From positions 2,490,001 through 2,522,000 of the forward strand of contig NC_020409.1 of the NCBI RefSeq assembly GCF_000341895.1: a DNA stretch of 32,000 nucleotides. Reading direction: 5' to 3'. Made by a program: the position numbers and the translations under genes. The notes below the pieces were generated by a model, which was not told the origin of the DNA, did no database searches, and saw nothing but the letters and a program-made list of their open reading frames with translations. This DNA comes from Pseudodesulfovibrio piezophilus C1TLV30. Lineage in GTDB: Bacteria; Desulfobacterota; Desulfovibrionia; Desulfovibrionales; Desulfovibrionaceae. Of this stretch, positions 1 to 8,104 are shown in pieces; position 1 is the stretch's first letter, and every line of letters starts with the position of its first letter.

Positions 1-1
1 G

Positions 2-544
2 ATTACACATATGGGTGATGTTTTTCGAGCGTTTAGCAAAGGCGTGGGAGTTGTTAGGGTACTGTCGGTCTTGCGGGTACTTCCGGAAATTGAGAAAACG
101 TCCCGTCTGGCTTTGTTTTGTGACCACTTTCGCCAGTTGGCAAAGGATTTGCGTACTGCGAGGGCTGGATGCGCAGCGATGGATGGCTTGAGCGCACCAC
201 CGGTCCCGGCGGAGACCTCGGGTCTTGCGGAGCTGACAGAAGCTTTGATCACTTCCATATATAGGGCACGTCGGGAGCAACGACGAACTGAAGTCTTGCA
301 GTCTGTTGTGGAGCCTCCCAGCGTGACCGAGTGCGGGGCGCTGGAGTCCCTGCTTGGAGAAATAGGGTCTCTTGATCTGGACAGGCAGCGGGCGCAGGAG
401 AGGTTCGATGCATTGGAGAAGCAGTTGGAGACATTGAAGGATGACATCGCATACCGGGTCGGGGAAGTGGGATGCTGTCCGACTTGCGGTGCGGACATCA
501 ACGCTGAAGCCTTCCTTGATCGGGGGTGTCGTCATGACGGTTGA
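2..544 (+). CDS. 3' part of a coiled-coil protein ending in a CxxC zinc-hook-like motif. Probable N-terminal piece of a split Rad50/SbcC-like ATPase; the 5' end lies outside the window.
   Basis: The frame is open from the window edge. Heptad-rich, charged segments (RQRAQERFDALEKQLETLKDDIAY) are followed by CCPTCGA, which resembles the SbcC/Rad50 hook CP[LT]CG. The stop at 542-544 overlaps the ATG of the next gene at 534. Confidence 0.55.
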   Translation: MTHMGDVFRAFSKGVGVVRVLSVLRVLPEIEKTSRLALFCDHFRQLAKDLRTARAGCAAMDGLSAPPVPAETSGLAELTEALITSIYRARREQRRTEVLQSVVEPPSVTECGALESLLGEIGSLDLDRQRAQERFDALEKQLETLKDDIAYRVGEVGCCPTCGADINAEAFLDRGCRHDG

Positions 545-1493
545 TGTCGTTGAAGCCAAAGGGCTTTTCCTGATCGCGGACCCGCATCTGGCGGACACTC
601 CGCCGGGTCAACGGCTGGATGGTTATCTCGATCAGATCATGAACAAGATGGCCGCGTGTCTGGATCGGGCGCGGGAGTTGGACCTCGCCGTGGTTTTTCT
701 TGGCGACATGTTTCATTGGCCTCGTGACAACTCCAACAAGATGCTTGTGGATCTCATTGCGCTTTTTGGCTCCCGGCAGGGCAATGATCAGGTCTGGGCA
801 TTAGTGGGAAATCACGACAAGTATCAGGCCCGTTTTACCGATGACGTAAGTCTTGCTGTTCTGGAGGCGGCTGGAGTGCTTCGACTCATGAAGGAGGATG
901 GTCCCCAGTTTCGTCTGAAGACGGACAAAGGAGATGTCCTGGTCGGTGCCAGCCCTGACGGGACTCCATTGCCCAAAGGATACGAAAAGCAGGAGGGTGA
1001 CCCTGACACCGTGATCTGGCTTTCCCATCATAATATCCAGTTCCCTGAATTTATGGAGAAAGCTTACTCCATCAAAGAGTTGCCGGGTATTGACTGGCTG
1101 ATAAACGGGCACATACATCGCCCGCAGCCGACCTTGACCAAAGGGCAGACTTCGTGGGCCAATCCCGGCAATGTGACCCGGCTCACTTTTACGCGCATAT
1201 CCATGACTCGGGAACCGGCGGCGGCCATCTGGACCCCCGGATGTGGTGATCTGGAAAAATGGGTTATTCCCTTTGAACCTTTTGCAGCGGTCTTTCCTGA
1301 TCAGGAATTACCACCTGAAGAAGTTCAGGTGGAAGGGGAGTCTGATTACGTGAAGGGACTGGAAAGACTGGCCTGGCAACGGACACAAGAAGGCATGGGG
1401 TTGAAAGAGTTTTTGACTGATAATGTCCCTCGTGAGACCCGTGAAGGGGAACTCATATGGGAGCTTTACGAGGAGGTTGTACGTGGTGAATGA
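534..1493 (+). CDS. Calcineurin-type metallophosphoesterase, Mre11/SbcD-like nuclease
   Basis: The full phosphoesterase motif set is in order: IADPH (DxH), FLGDMFH (GD), VGNHD (GNHD), LSHHN and INGHIHR (GHxH). I chose the ATG at 534 (MTVDVVEAKG) over 441 because it overlaps the upstream stop. Confidence 0.85.
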   Translation: MTVDVVEAKGLFLIADPHLADTPPGQRLDGYLDQIMNKMAACLDRARELDLAVVFLGDMFHWPRDNSNKMLVDLIALFGSRQGNDQVWALVGNHDKYQARFTDDVSLAVLEAAGVLRLMKEDGPQFRLKTDKGDVLVGASPDGTPLPKGYEKQEGDPDTVIWLSHHNIQFPEFMEKAYSIKELPGIDWLINGHIHRPQPTLTKGQTSWANPGNVTRLTFTRISMTREPAAAIWTPGCGDLEKWVIPFEPFAAVFPDQELPPEEVQVEGESDYVKGLERLAWQRTQEGMGLKEFLTDNVPRETREGELIWELYEEVVRGE

Positions 1494-1512
1494 TAATCCC
1501 AATGGAGCAGGC

Positions 1513-1809
1513 ATGAATCCGGACGTGACGCTGGAGCAGGAGTTGAACGGCTTGCGGCGGCAGTATGAACATCTGCGCGATCAGCGGGTGCGGGCCGAAA
1601 CGCAGGTGGCGGATTTATCCGGCCGCCTTGATGCCCTCAAGGCCCAGGCTTTGGAGGAGTACGGGACCAGTGACCCGAAAGAACTGCAACGTCTTTTACA
1701 GGATAAACGTCAAGAAAATGAGCGTATTGTCGCAGAATATCGCGAACATATACAAACGGTTCAGAGTGATCTGGCACAGGTCGAAAACCGCACGGATGGA
1801 GACGGCTAG
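1513..1809 (+). CDS. Small (98 aa) all-coiled-coil protein; candidate returning coiled-coil arm of the split Rad50/SbcC-like ATPase
   Basis: GGAG lies 6-9 nt upstream of the ATG at 1513. The sequence is charged and heptad-like throughout (LEQELNGLRRQYEHLRDQRVRAETQVADLSGRLDALKAQALEE). Its TAG stop shares one nucleotide with the GTG start of the next ORF. Confidence 0.6.
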   Translation: MNPDVTLEQELNGLRRQYEHLRDQRVRAETQVADLSGRLDALKAQALEEYGTSDPKELQRLLQDKRQENERIVAEYREHIQTVQSDLAQVENRTDGDG

Positions 1810-2462
1810 TGGAAACTCCCTTTCCCGGAACGGATTTGAGGGCATTGGAGAGGCGTCACGACCGCCTGTCTGCCAAAGCCGAGGCGTTGCATGCGGAGCA
1901 TGGACGAGTGCGGAAACAGCTTGGAGCCATTCAGAACTTTCTCGTATTGGCTCCTGCGGCCAAGGATCGTTTGGAAGAGTTGTCCAAGACTCTTTTCGGC
2001 AAGATTCTCGATGAGGTGGAATTGAATCTGACCCATGCGATTCGTGAAATTCTCGGGCAGGACCGTGTGGTCTTTACTGAACGGGACGTCAAGAACAACC
2101 GCCTTCAGATACAGTTTCAGATTCGTAATCGGGGAAATGAGGATGAGGTGGAAGATATCATGAGCGGGCAGGGTGGCTCGGTCTGCAACATCCTTTCCGT
2201 GGGCCTTCGGCTTATCGCCCTGTCTCAATTGCCGGAAGAAAAGCACAGGCCCTTTCTTGTTCTCGATGAGCAGGACTGCTGGCTCAAACCTGCTCTGGTG
2301 CCGAAATTCATGCAACTCATTCATGAGATAGCAGAAAGACTTTCCCTGCAACTCCTCGTGATCAGTCATCACCCGCTTGACCTGTTTTCCGGGGCAGCCG
2401 ACCGGATTTTCGAATTGCGGCCGGACAAGGATTCCGGTGCAAGAGTCGTACAGGTCAAATAG
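1809..2462 (+). CDS. C-terminal ABC-ATPase head lobe of a Rad50/SbcC/SMC-like protein, preceded by about 70 aa of coiled coil
   Basis: It carries a degenerate signature motif MSGQGGS, Walker B/D-loop FLVLDEQD and H-loop VISHH. The GTG start at 1809 is preceded by GGAG. No Walker A is present, so it cannot be a complete ATPase on its own. Confidence 0.8.
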   Translation: METPFPGTDLRALERRHDRLSAKAEALHAEHGRVRKQLGAIQNFLVLAPAAKDRLEELSKTLFGKILDEVELNLTHAIREILGQDRVVFTERDVKNNRLQIQFQIRNRGNEDEVEDIMSGQGGSVCNILSVGLRLIALSQLPEEKHRPFLVLDEQDCWLKPALVPKFMQLIHEIAERLSLQLLVISHHPLDLFSGAADRIFELRPDKDSGARVVQVK

Positions 2463-2702
2463 GGAGTGATATTCTTTGATTCGCGGTGTAGGATCGGGGC
2501 AAAGAACATATCTTTTGCGCCTTTTCAAGAGACCCCATGAAATATGAAAGAGGGAATATCCATTCGGTTGTTCTCAAAATGAAATTATAACGGGGCAGGA
2601 CCGTGCTTTCACAGTGTTCTCCGAATGCAGTTCAGCTCCTCCCCGAAAGCAATCGTATGGCAACGGCTTGAATCCCCGTCTGCCTGCATCAGGAGATTGT
2701 TC

Positions 2703-3236
2703 ATGAAACGCATTCAGACTTTCCTTCTCATCGCCACTGTCATGATCGCATCATCGGCTCTTGCCGGGCAGGTGTTCCCGAATCTGGCGCTCACAGGTCA
2801 ACTGACGCCCGAGCAACAGGCGTATCTCGGCGTTGGTTCCGAATCGATCAAGCTCACCGACATCAAGGCAGAGTATCTTTTTATCGAAGGGTACAGCATG
2901 TACTGTCCGGTTTGTCAGCGTGATGCCCCGGCGATCAACGCACTCTATAAAACCGTGACTGAGGCCGATCCGACTGGCCGTATCCGGTTCATGGGCATAG
3001 GACTTGGTAATACGCCATATGAAATTGCCTTCTACAAAAAAAAATACACTGTGCCTTTTCCACTGTTTATGGATGAAGACTACGTCATTCACAAGCAACT
3101 GGGCGAGATAGGCACACCGACTTTTTATATCATCAAACTCGGTCCCACTCCTGAAGTGATCTTCAAGCAGGAAGGGGAGCCGGAAAACATGGACGCTCTT
3201 TTGAACGCAATCAAGGAGACGACCGGACTCAAGTAG
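2703..3236 (+). CDS. Secreted thioredoxin-fold thiol:disulfide oxidoreductase (TlpA/ResA-like), CPVC active site
   Basis: It has an N-terminal signal peptide (MKRIQTFLLIATVMIASSALA) and a single CxxC (YCPVCQ) in a thioredoxin-like context. GGAG precedes the ATG at 2703. Confidence 0.85.
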   Translation: MKRIQTFLLIATVMIASSALAGQVFPNLALTGQLTPEQQAYLGVGSESIKLTDIKAEYLFIEGYSMYCPVCQRDAPAINALYKTVTEADPTGRIRFMGIGLGNTPYEIAFYKKKYTVPFPLFMDEDYVIHKQLGEIGTPTFYIIKLGPTPEVIFKQEGEPENMDALLNAIKETTGLK

Positions 3237-3245
3237 GAGTTGCTC

Positions 3246-3815
3246 ATGAAAAAAAGATTTATATTTGCTCTGGGGTTGGTGCTTCTGGCCACGACGGCAC
3301 TGGCGCATGAAAAATATTATTCGATGGGGAATCTCAAACCGCGAGATAGCGAACTGAAGGTTGCTACGGGTGATATGGCCCCTGATTTTGAATTACCTTC
3401 GGTGTCCGGTGGCACAGTACGGCTCTCGGATTATCGTGGTAAAAAAAACGTGATCCTTTCCTTTGTGCCTGCCGCATGGACGCCTGTGTGTTCTGACCAG
3501 TGGCCTGGGTATAATATTGCGCAGGAAATATTTGAGGAATTGGACACTGTGTTGATAGGCATTTCAGTGGATAATACCCCTTCCCAGGCTGCGTGGACTG
3601 AATCCATGAACACCATTACGTTCCCCGTGCTTTCTGATTTTTGGCCTCATGGTGGGGTTTCGGATGCTTACGGAGTGCTTCGCAGTGACGGTATTGCGGA
3701 AAGGGCGTTATTTGTCATCGACAAAAAGGGAATGATTCGTTTCATCGATGTCCACGATATCAATTCCCGGCCTGATCTGGGAGTTCTGGTCAAGGCTCTG
3801 CAAGCCCTGGAGTAG
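3246..3815 (+). CDS. Secreted peroxiredoxin (AhpC/TSA-Bcp family), 1-Cys type
   Basis: It has a signal peptide (MKKRFIFALGLVLLATTALA) and the peroxidatic motif FVPAAWTPVC. That Cys is the only one in the mature protein. AGGAG lies 6 nt upstream of the ATG. Confidence 0.9.
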   Translation: MKKRFIFALGLVLLATTALAHEKYYSMGNLKPRDSELKVATGDMAPDFELPSVSGGTVRLSDYRGKKNVILSFVPAAWTPVCSDQWPGYNIAQEIFEELDTVLIGISVDNTPSQAAWTESMNTITFPVLSDFWPHGGVSDAYGVLRSDGIAERALFVIDKKGMIRFIDVHDINSRPDLGVLVKALQALE

Positions 3816-3845
3816 CCGTTTTTGTGCAGGAAATATGTCGTCATG

Positions 3846-3884
3846 AAAAGGCGGCATAGCCGAGACCGGGTATACCGCCTTTTT
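3846..3884. terminator. Bidirectional rho-independent terminator between convergent genes
   Basis: The stem aaaaggcgg / ccgcctttt is flanked by A-runs and T-runs on both strands. It sits between the peroxiredoxin stop and the REC-STAS stop. Confidence 0.6.
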
Positions 3885-3901
3885 CCCTTTGGCAAAGGGC
3901 A

Positions 3902-4624
3902 TTAGCGGACTTTCAGGGCTTCCTCTTCCGAGTCGAAGAGTTTTGCCAGTTTGGTAATACCGACCATTTCGAACACAGCTTTGAAATTGGTGGAAAGGCC
4001 GGTCAGGACCACCCGGACTCCGGCATCCCGTTGAGATTGCAGGAGCGTGGTCAGTCCGGTCAGTCCGGCTCCGTTGATGGATGCATTCTTTTCAAAGTCG
4101 ATGAGTACCAGAGACTTGTCGAGCTTCCTTGCCTTGTTGAATGTTTCCGTGAGATGCGGGATGGTATTGGTGGTGACATTTCCGCGTACCCCAATGACCG
4201 CAGCTTTGACGCGCTCTTCAAGAGAGACCTGCCCCTCTTCATTTCTGGCGATCTCCAACCGCTCGGCGGCGCGGGACAACGCCTGCTCAAGCGCTTTGCG
4301 TTGTAGCGGTTTGTTGATGAAATCCGTGGCATCCAGATTGAGCGCCTGAATAGCCAGGTCCATGTCGCCATGCCCGGTGATGACGATGACCTCGGCATGG
4401 GGATTGACGCTTTTTATCTGTTTGAGGACCTCAATGCCGTCCATGACAGGCATTTTGATGTCTGTTAGGACGAGGTTGGGGCGTTCTTTTTTGAACAGTT
4501 CGAAGCCCTCCTGCCCGTTTTCAGCGGTAATGATTTGGTATCCATAGGCTGAGAGCAGCAGGGTAAACATTCGCAATGTGGGTTGCTCATCGTCAATAAC
4601 CAATATTTTTTCTTTCGTTGTCAT
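3902..4624 (-). CDS. Response regulator with an N-terminal receiver domain and a C-terminal STAS (anti-sigma-antagonist-like) domain
   Basis: REC motifs are present: ILVIDDE, the phospho-acceptor context LVLTDIKMP, and FINKP. The C-terminal about 100 aa follow a SpoIIAA/STAS-like pattern (LVLIDFEKNASINGAGLTGL...VVLTGL). The ATG overlaps the kinase stop (ATGA). Confidence 0.9.
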   Translation of the reverse strand: MTTKEKILVIDDEQPTLRMFTLLLSAYGYQIITAENGQEGFELFKKERPNLVLTDIKMPVMDGIEVLKQIKSVNPHAEVIVITGHGDMDLAIQALNLDATDFINKPLQRKALEQALSRAAERLEIARNEEGQVSLEERVKAAVIGVRGNVTTNTIPHLTETFNKARKLDKSLVLIDFEKNASINGAGLTGLTTLLQSQRDAGVRVVLTGLSTNFKAVFEMVGITKLAKLFDSEEEALKVR

Positions 4625-6633
4625 GCTGTGGAACCTCCTCGTGTGCCCGCTTCGGGAAATTGCATGCGAAACACGGTTCCCTTGTTTTTTTCACTTGTTA
4701 TGCGGATATCCCCGCCATAATCCTTGATAATGCCATATGTGATGGCAAGGCCAAGTCCCATGCCCTGCCCTGTTTCCTTGGTCGTGAAGAATGGCTCAAA
4801 GACTTTGTGCTGGTCTTCTTCTGAAATGCCTGTGCCCGTATCCTGCACCTCAATATAGACGAAATTGCCATTCTGATTGCTTCGTATCGTGATGCGACGT
4901 TCTTTGGCCGGAGCGTTGGGCGATGAATTCTCATTAATTGCGTCTCGGGCATTGGCCACAAGATTGAACAGGACTTGTTGCAGTCTGTTGGAGTGTGCCA
5001 GGATCGGAGGAAGCCCCTCGGTCAGCTCCAGTTCAAAGCGGATGTTTTCCAGTTCAAACTGCCGCCGAATCATGGAGAGCACTGCCGTCACCGGTTGGTT
5101 GATGTTGACTTTTTCTTCAATCAAGTCGGATTTGCGACCAAAGGAGCGCAGGGTGTTAATGATTTCGGCGGCCCGGTCCACTTGAGTGGAGATATCAGCC
5201 ACAACCTGGAGAAAATGTTCTCTGGGAACCTCGATATTCTCCTGCTGCATCATGGAGAGAAATTCGCTTCCCATCTTGATGACATTGAGGGGCTGGTTGA
5301 TTTCATGAGCAACGCCTGCGCTCATTTCTCCAAGAGATTTCATTTTGCCCGCCTGTATCAACTGGGCATCTTTTTCTATCATCTCTGTGATGTCTGTTAC
5401 GGCGATGATGATGGCATGACGACCTCGATACGAGATGGGGCAGGCATGCATATTGACAAAAAAAGGTTCATTGTCGAGCTTGTAATGGATTCTCTTGGGG
5501 AAATAGACGCAGCCGTTGCCGCCGTCCCGAAAATAGTCCAGGCAATCGGCATTGTGGTCCGGCCCAAGGGTTTCGAAATTCATGCCCTTGAGCTCTTGTC
5601 TGGACAATCCGTAAAGTTCCACCGTGCGAGGGTTGGCATCGCGGATTTCCCCGCTTTCGCATTCCACAACGAAAATGGGGTCTGGCCCGGAATCGAAGAG
5701 GGAACGGTATTTTTCCTCTGATTCTCGCAGCCTGCGTCTATAGAGTTTTATGGACCAGACCATGTTGCGGAAGGAGTCGCTGAGTTGGACGACCTCGTCT
5801 CCTTCATGTTTTCGGTAAAACGTGCAGTTGGCGCATTGCCGATGTGCATCGCCGGGGGGATCGGCACTGCGTGATTCATCGAAATGCCAGCAGGGGAGGT
5901 CTGTGTTGGTAAAAGCCGGGCAATTCGATGTATCCCACTGTTCATCTCTGCCGAATTTCAGGGGAATATCGAAATTCCCCCGGCTGATTTCATCGGAGAT
6001 GCGCGTCAGGTCGGAAATGGGCTGGGTGATATAGCGAGTCAGCCATGAAGAAAAAAATGCGGTTATCAGGATGATCAGTGAGATGAAGCCGAAAAAGGCT
6101 ACGCGTAACTTTCCGATCAGGGTGTCGATGTGGCTTTTGTTCAGGCCGACATGGACAGTTCCGATACGGTAAAGCCCTTCATTGATGGCTGCCGCGACAT
6201 CATAGATGGATTCGTCCTCGACTTCGATGAGTTTGACAGAATCAGGCTCGCCTTCAGGGACTTGATTGGTCAGCAGAACCTTCGGCAGGTTACGGGTCAT
6301 GGTGTGAGCCAGCAGGTTTCCCTCCGCATCCTGCACAAAGATATATGAGAGCATGTACTTCCGTTGGTGCAGTTTGGCCTCGTCGAAAATAAGGGTCAGC
6401 AACTGAGGGATATCCTTATCCAGGATATAGGAGCCTCCTCGTTCGGCAACGGAGTGAGCCACGGCTTTGCCTCGAATCTCCAATTCATGTGTCAGGGAAC
6501 TGACCAGGATATAGCGAGAGACAAAGGCGATACAGACACTGATGAACAACACGGCCACCAGCATGGAGAGGAGAAGTTTTTCACGCAGGCCGGAGAGAGT
6601 GAACCACTGGATTATTTTGTCCTGTACGCTCAC
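4621..6633 (-). CDS. Membrane sensor histidine kinase: two TM segments with an extracytoplasmic domain, a HAMP carrying a Cys-rich insert, PAS, HisKA and HATPase_c
   Basis: Kinase motifs are the H-box GVAHEINQPLN, N-box LFNLVANARDA, G1 VQDTGTGI and G2 GMGLGLAI. There are two hydrophobic segments (about aa 20-40 and 178-198). The GTG start overlaps the upstream stop (GTGA). Confidence 0.9.
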   Translation of the reverse strand: MSVQDKIIQWFTLSGLREKLLLSMLVAVLFISVCIAFVSRYILVSSLTHELEIRGKAVAHSVAERGGSYILDKDIPQLLTLIFDEAKLHQRKYMLSYIFVQDAEGNLLAHTMTRNLPKVLLTNQVPEGEPDSVKLIEVEDESIYDVAAAINEGLYRIGTVHVGLNKSHIDTLIGKLRVAFFGFISLIILITAFFSSWLTRYITQPISDLTRISDEISRGNFDIPLKFGRDEQWDTSNCPAFTNTDLPCWHFDESRSADPPGDAHRQCANCTFYRKHEGDEVVQLSDSFRNMVWSIKLYRRRLRESEEKYRSLFDSGPDPIFVVECESGEIRDANPRTVELYGLSRQELKGMNFETLGPDHNADCLDYFRDGGNGCVYFPKRIHYKLDNEPFFVNMHACPISYRGRHAIIIAVTDITEMIEKDAQLIQAGKMKSLGEMSAGVAHEINQPLNVIKMGSEFLSMMQQENIEVPREHFLQVVADISTQVDRAAEIINTLRSFGRKSDLIEEKVNINQPVTAVLSMIRRQFELENIRFELELTEGLPPILAHSNRLQQVLFNLVANARDAINENSSPNAPAKERRITIRSNQNGNFVYIEVQDTGTGISEEDQHKVFEPFFTTKETGQGMGLGLAITYGIIKDYGGDIRITSEKNKGTVFRMQFPEAGTRGGSTA

Positions 6634-7889
6634 GGGCCGGTCTCCGTTGTGGGAAGAAGGTCCTTCCAGTCGGAAAAGGGAACAAAGCTTCCCTGATCGA
6701 GATGGGTAAAATAGACCTGATCCAGCCCCTGTCTGTCCCTGGGACCATAGGTGATGGACATCCCTGGTCCGAGGTCATAGTTGCGTATGGATTCTATGGC
6801 GTTGACCAGTCCTTCGCGTGTCAGGTTGCGGCCCGCTTTCTTCAGAGCTTCTACGAGTATCCTTGCATTGAAGAAGCCTTCAAGCCCCACAAAACTGGGT
6901 GTCTCACCGGGGAAGTAATGGTGCAGAAGCTCGACATATTCTTCGGCCGCGTCGTGTGGTGTGCCATCCGGACCGGGAGGGGGGACAACCTGGGACATCA
7001 GCACCGTGGGTGATCCGTTACCAATGCGGCGAGCGAGTTCCTCGGCTCCGACAAACGAGACATTGTAGAAAATGGGCGTGTAGTCATGCTCCTGAGCTTT
7101 GGAGATGAACCGGGCACAGGCTCCATAGGTGCCAACCATGACAACAGCTTTGGCACCGGATGTGCGTATTTTCTCAAGGCCTTCCTTGATATTGAGGGTG
7201 CCGCGAATATAAGACCCTCGGGCCACGGGTTCTAGATGATGTTTCTTGAGAGCCAGTTCCGTCCCGATGAGACCATCAAATCCATAGGCATCGTATTGAT
7301 AGAATACTGCGATCTTTTTGATGCCCAGATCCTGTATGAGGTGAGTGACTGCGGCCTCGGTTTCCTGATAGTAGGACGCCCTGATGTTCACGACATAGCG
7401 ATTGAAGGGTTCTCGGAGTGCATTGGCCCCGGTAAACATGCCGATAAGTGGAATTCTCGCTTCTTCCACCAGGGGAAGTACTTTGACGGTAGTTGGTGTG
7501 CCGACATAGCAGAACAGGGCGAGGACGTCGTTGTCGATGATGAATTGCTGCGTGTTCGAGAGGCAGCGGGGCGGATCATAGGAATCGTCTTTGGCTTCAA
7601 TGATGATTTTTCGTCCGTTGACGCCGCCGTCATCATTGATCTTGCGGATATATGCCTGTGCGCCACGCAGGGTTTGCGTCCCCAGATAGGCAGCATGACC
7701 GGTCAGGGGCAGTGACGAGCCAAGCATGATGCTGTCTGCGGAAACTCCAGGTGTGGGAGGACGCACGGAATCAGTTTCGCCAGCCGGGGAACAGGCCCCC
7801 ATGGTGACGATCAAAAGAAGATAGATGAATATCCACAGAGGTTTATTCAAAAAAAATACTCCAAGGTGACACTGTTCCATTTTTACCAT
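6630..7889 (-). CDS. Periplasmic solute-binding protein, type-1 PBP (LivJ / branched-chain amino-acid-binding-like), probable lipoprotein
   Basis: The signal/lipobox-like N-terminus is LLLIVTMGACSP. Overall composition is LivJ-like (LPLTGHAAYLG, VGTPT, YQYDAYG). I chose the ATG at 7889 because AAGGAA lies upstream; the ORF-track start at 7934 is a TTG. Confidence 0.8.
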   Translation of the reverse strand: MVKMEQCHLGVFFLNKPLWIFIYLLLIVTMGACSPAGETDSVRPPTPGVSADSIMLGSSLPLTGHAAYLGTQTLRGAQAYIRKINDDGGVNGRKIIIEAKDDSYDPPRCLSNTQQFIIDNDVLALFCYVGTPTTVKVLPLVEEARIPLIGMFTGANALREPFNRYVVNIRASYYQETEAAVTHLIQDLGIKKIAVFYQYDAYGFDGLIGTELALKKHHLEPVARGSYIRGTLNIKEGLEKIRTSGAKAVVMVGTYGACARFISKAQEHDYTPIFYNVSFVGAEELARRIGNGSPTVLMSQVVPPPGPDGTPHDAAEEYVELLHHYFPGETPSFVGLEGFFNARILVEALKKAGRNLTREGLVNAIESIRNYDLGPGMSITYGPRDRQGLDQVYFTHLDQGSFVPFSDWKDLLPTTETGP

Positions 7890-8104
7890 GACAAAGAGTT
7901 CCTTATGGGTACTGACATGGGTTGAAAAACTCAAGGGTAGGACACCTCCTCACGATTTTAACCCGGCAGGTTTGTTTTTTGGGTGAAATGGCCGGGTACA
8001 CAGCCTCCAGACTAGCCAAAGCCGTGAGTTATCTATATTGATGGGAAACGAGTATTGTATAGAAACCCATATCTTCATGTAAGTAATCACCAGGAGGACA
8101 ACAT

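Noticed and set aside
441-533. Upstream ATG (441) for the metallophosphoesterase, as given in the ORF track.
   Set aside because: It would overlap the preceding coiled-coil gene by about 100 nt. The first 31 residues are not part of the phosphoesterase fold, and the ATG at 534 gives a typical short coupled overlap.
3036-3044. Homopolymer tracts: A9 at 3036-3044, A8 near 3438, T9 near 20619, and A8/T8 runs near 23150 and 23710. I considered them as possible phase-variation sites.
   Set aside because: Those in coding sequence encode Lys-rich (AAA/AAG codon) stretches in frame in intact ORFs. There is no sign of frameshifted copies, and contingency loci are not characteristic of this kind of genome.
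7112-7127. GG-N10-GC sigma54-like match on the minus strand (TGGCACCTATGGAGCC, reverse complement of the plus-strand ggctccataggtgcca around 7112-7127). A second weak match (CGGCACGGCCAGAGCC) lies near 25516.
   Set aside because: The first is inside the binding-protein coding sequence. The second lacks the T of TGGCAC and has a poor -12 half. Matches of this kind are expected by chance in 32 kb.
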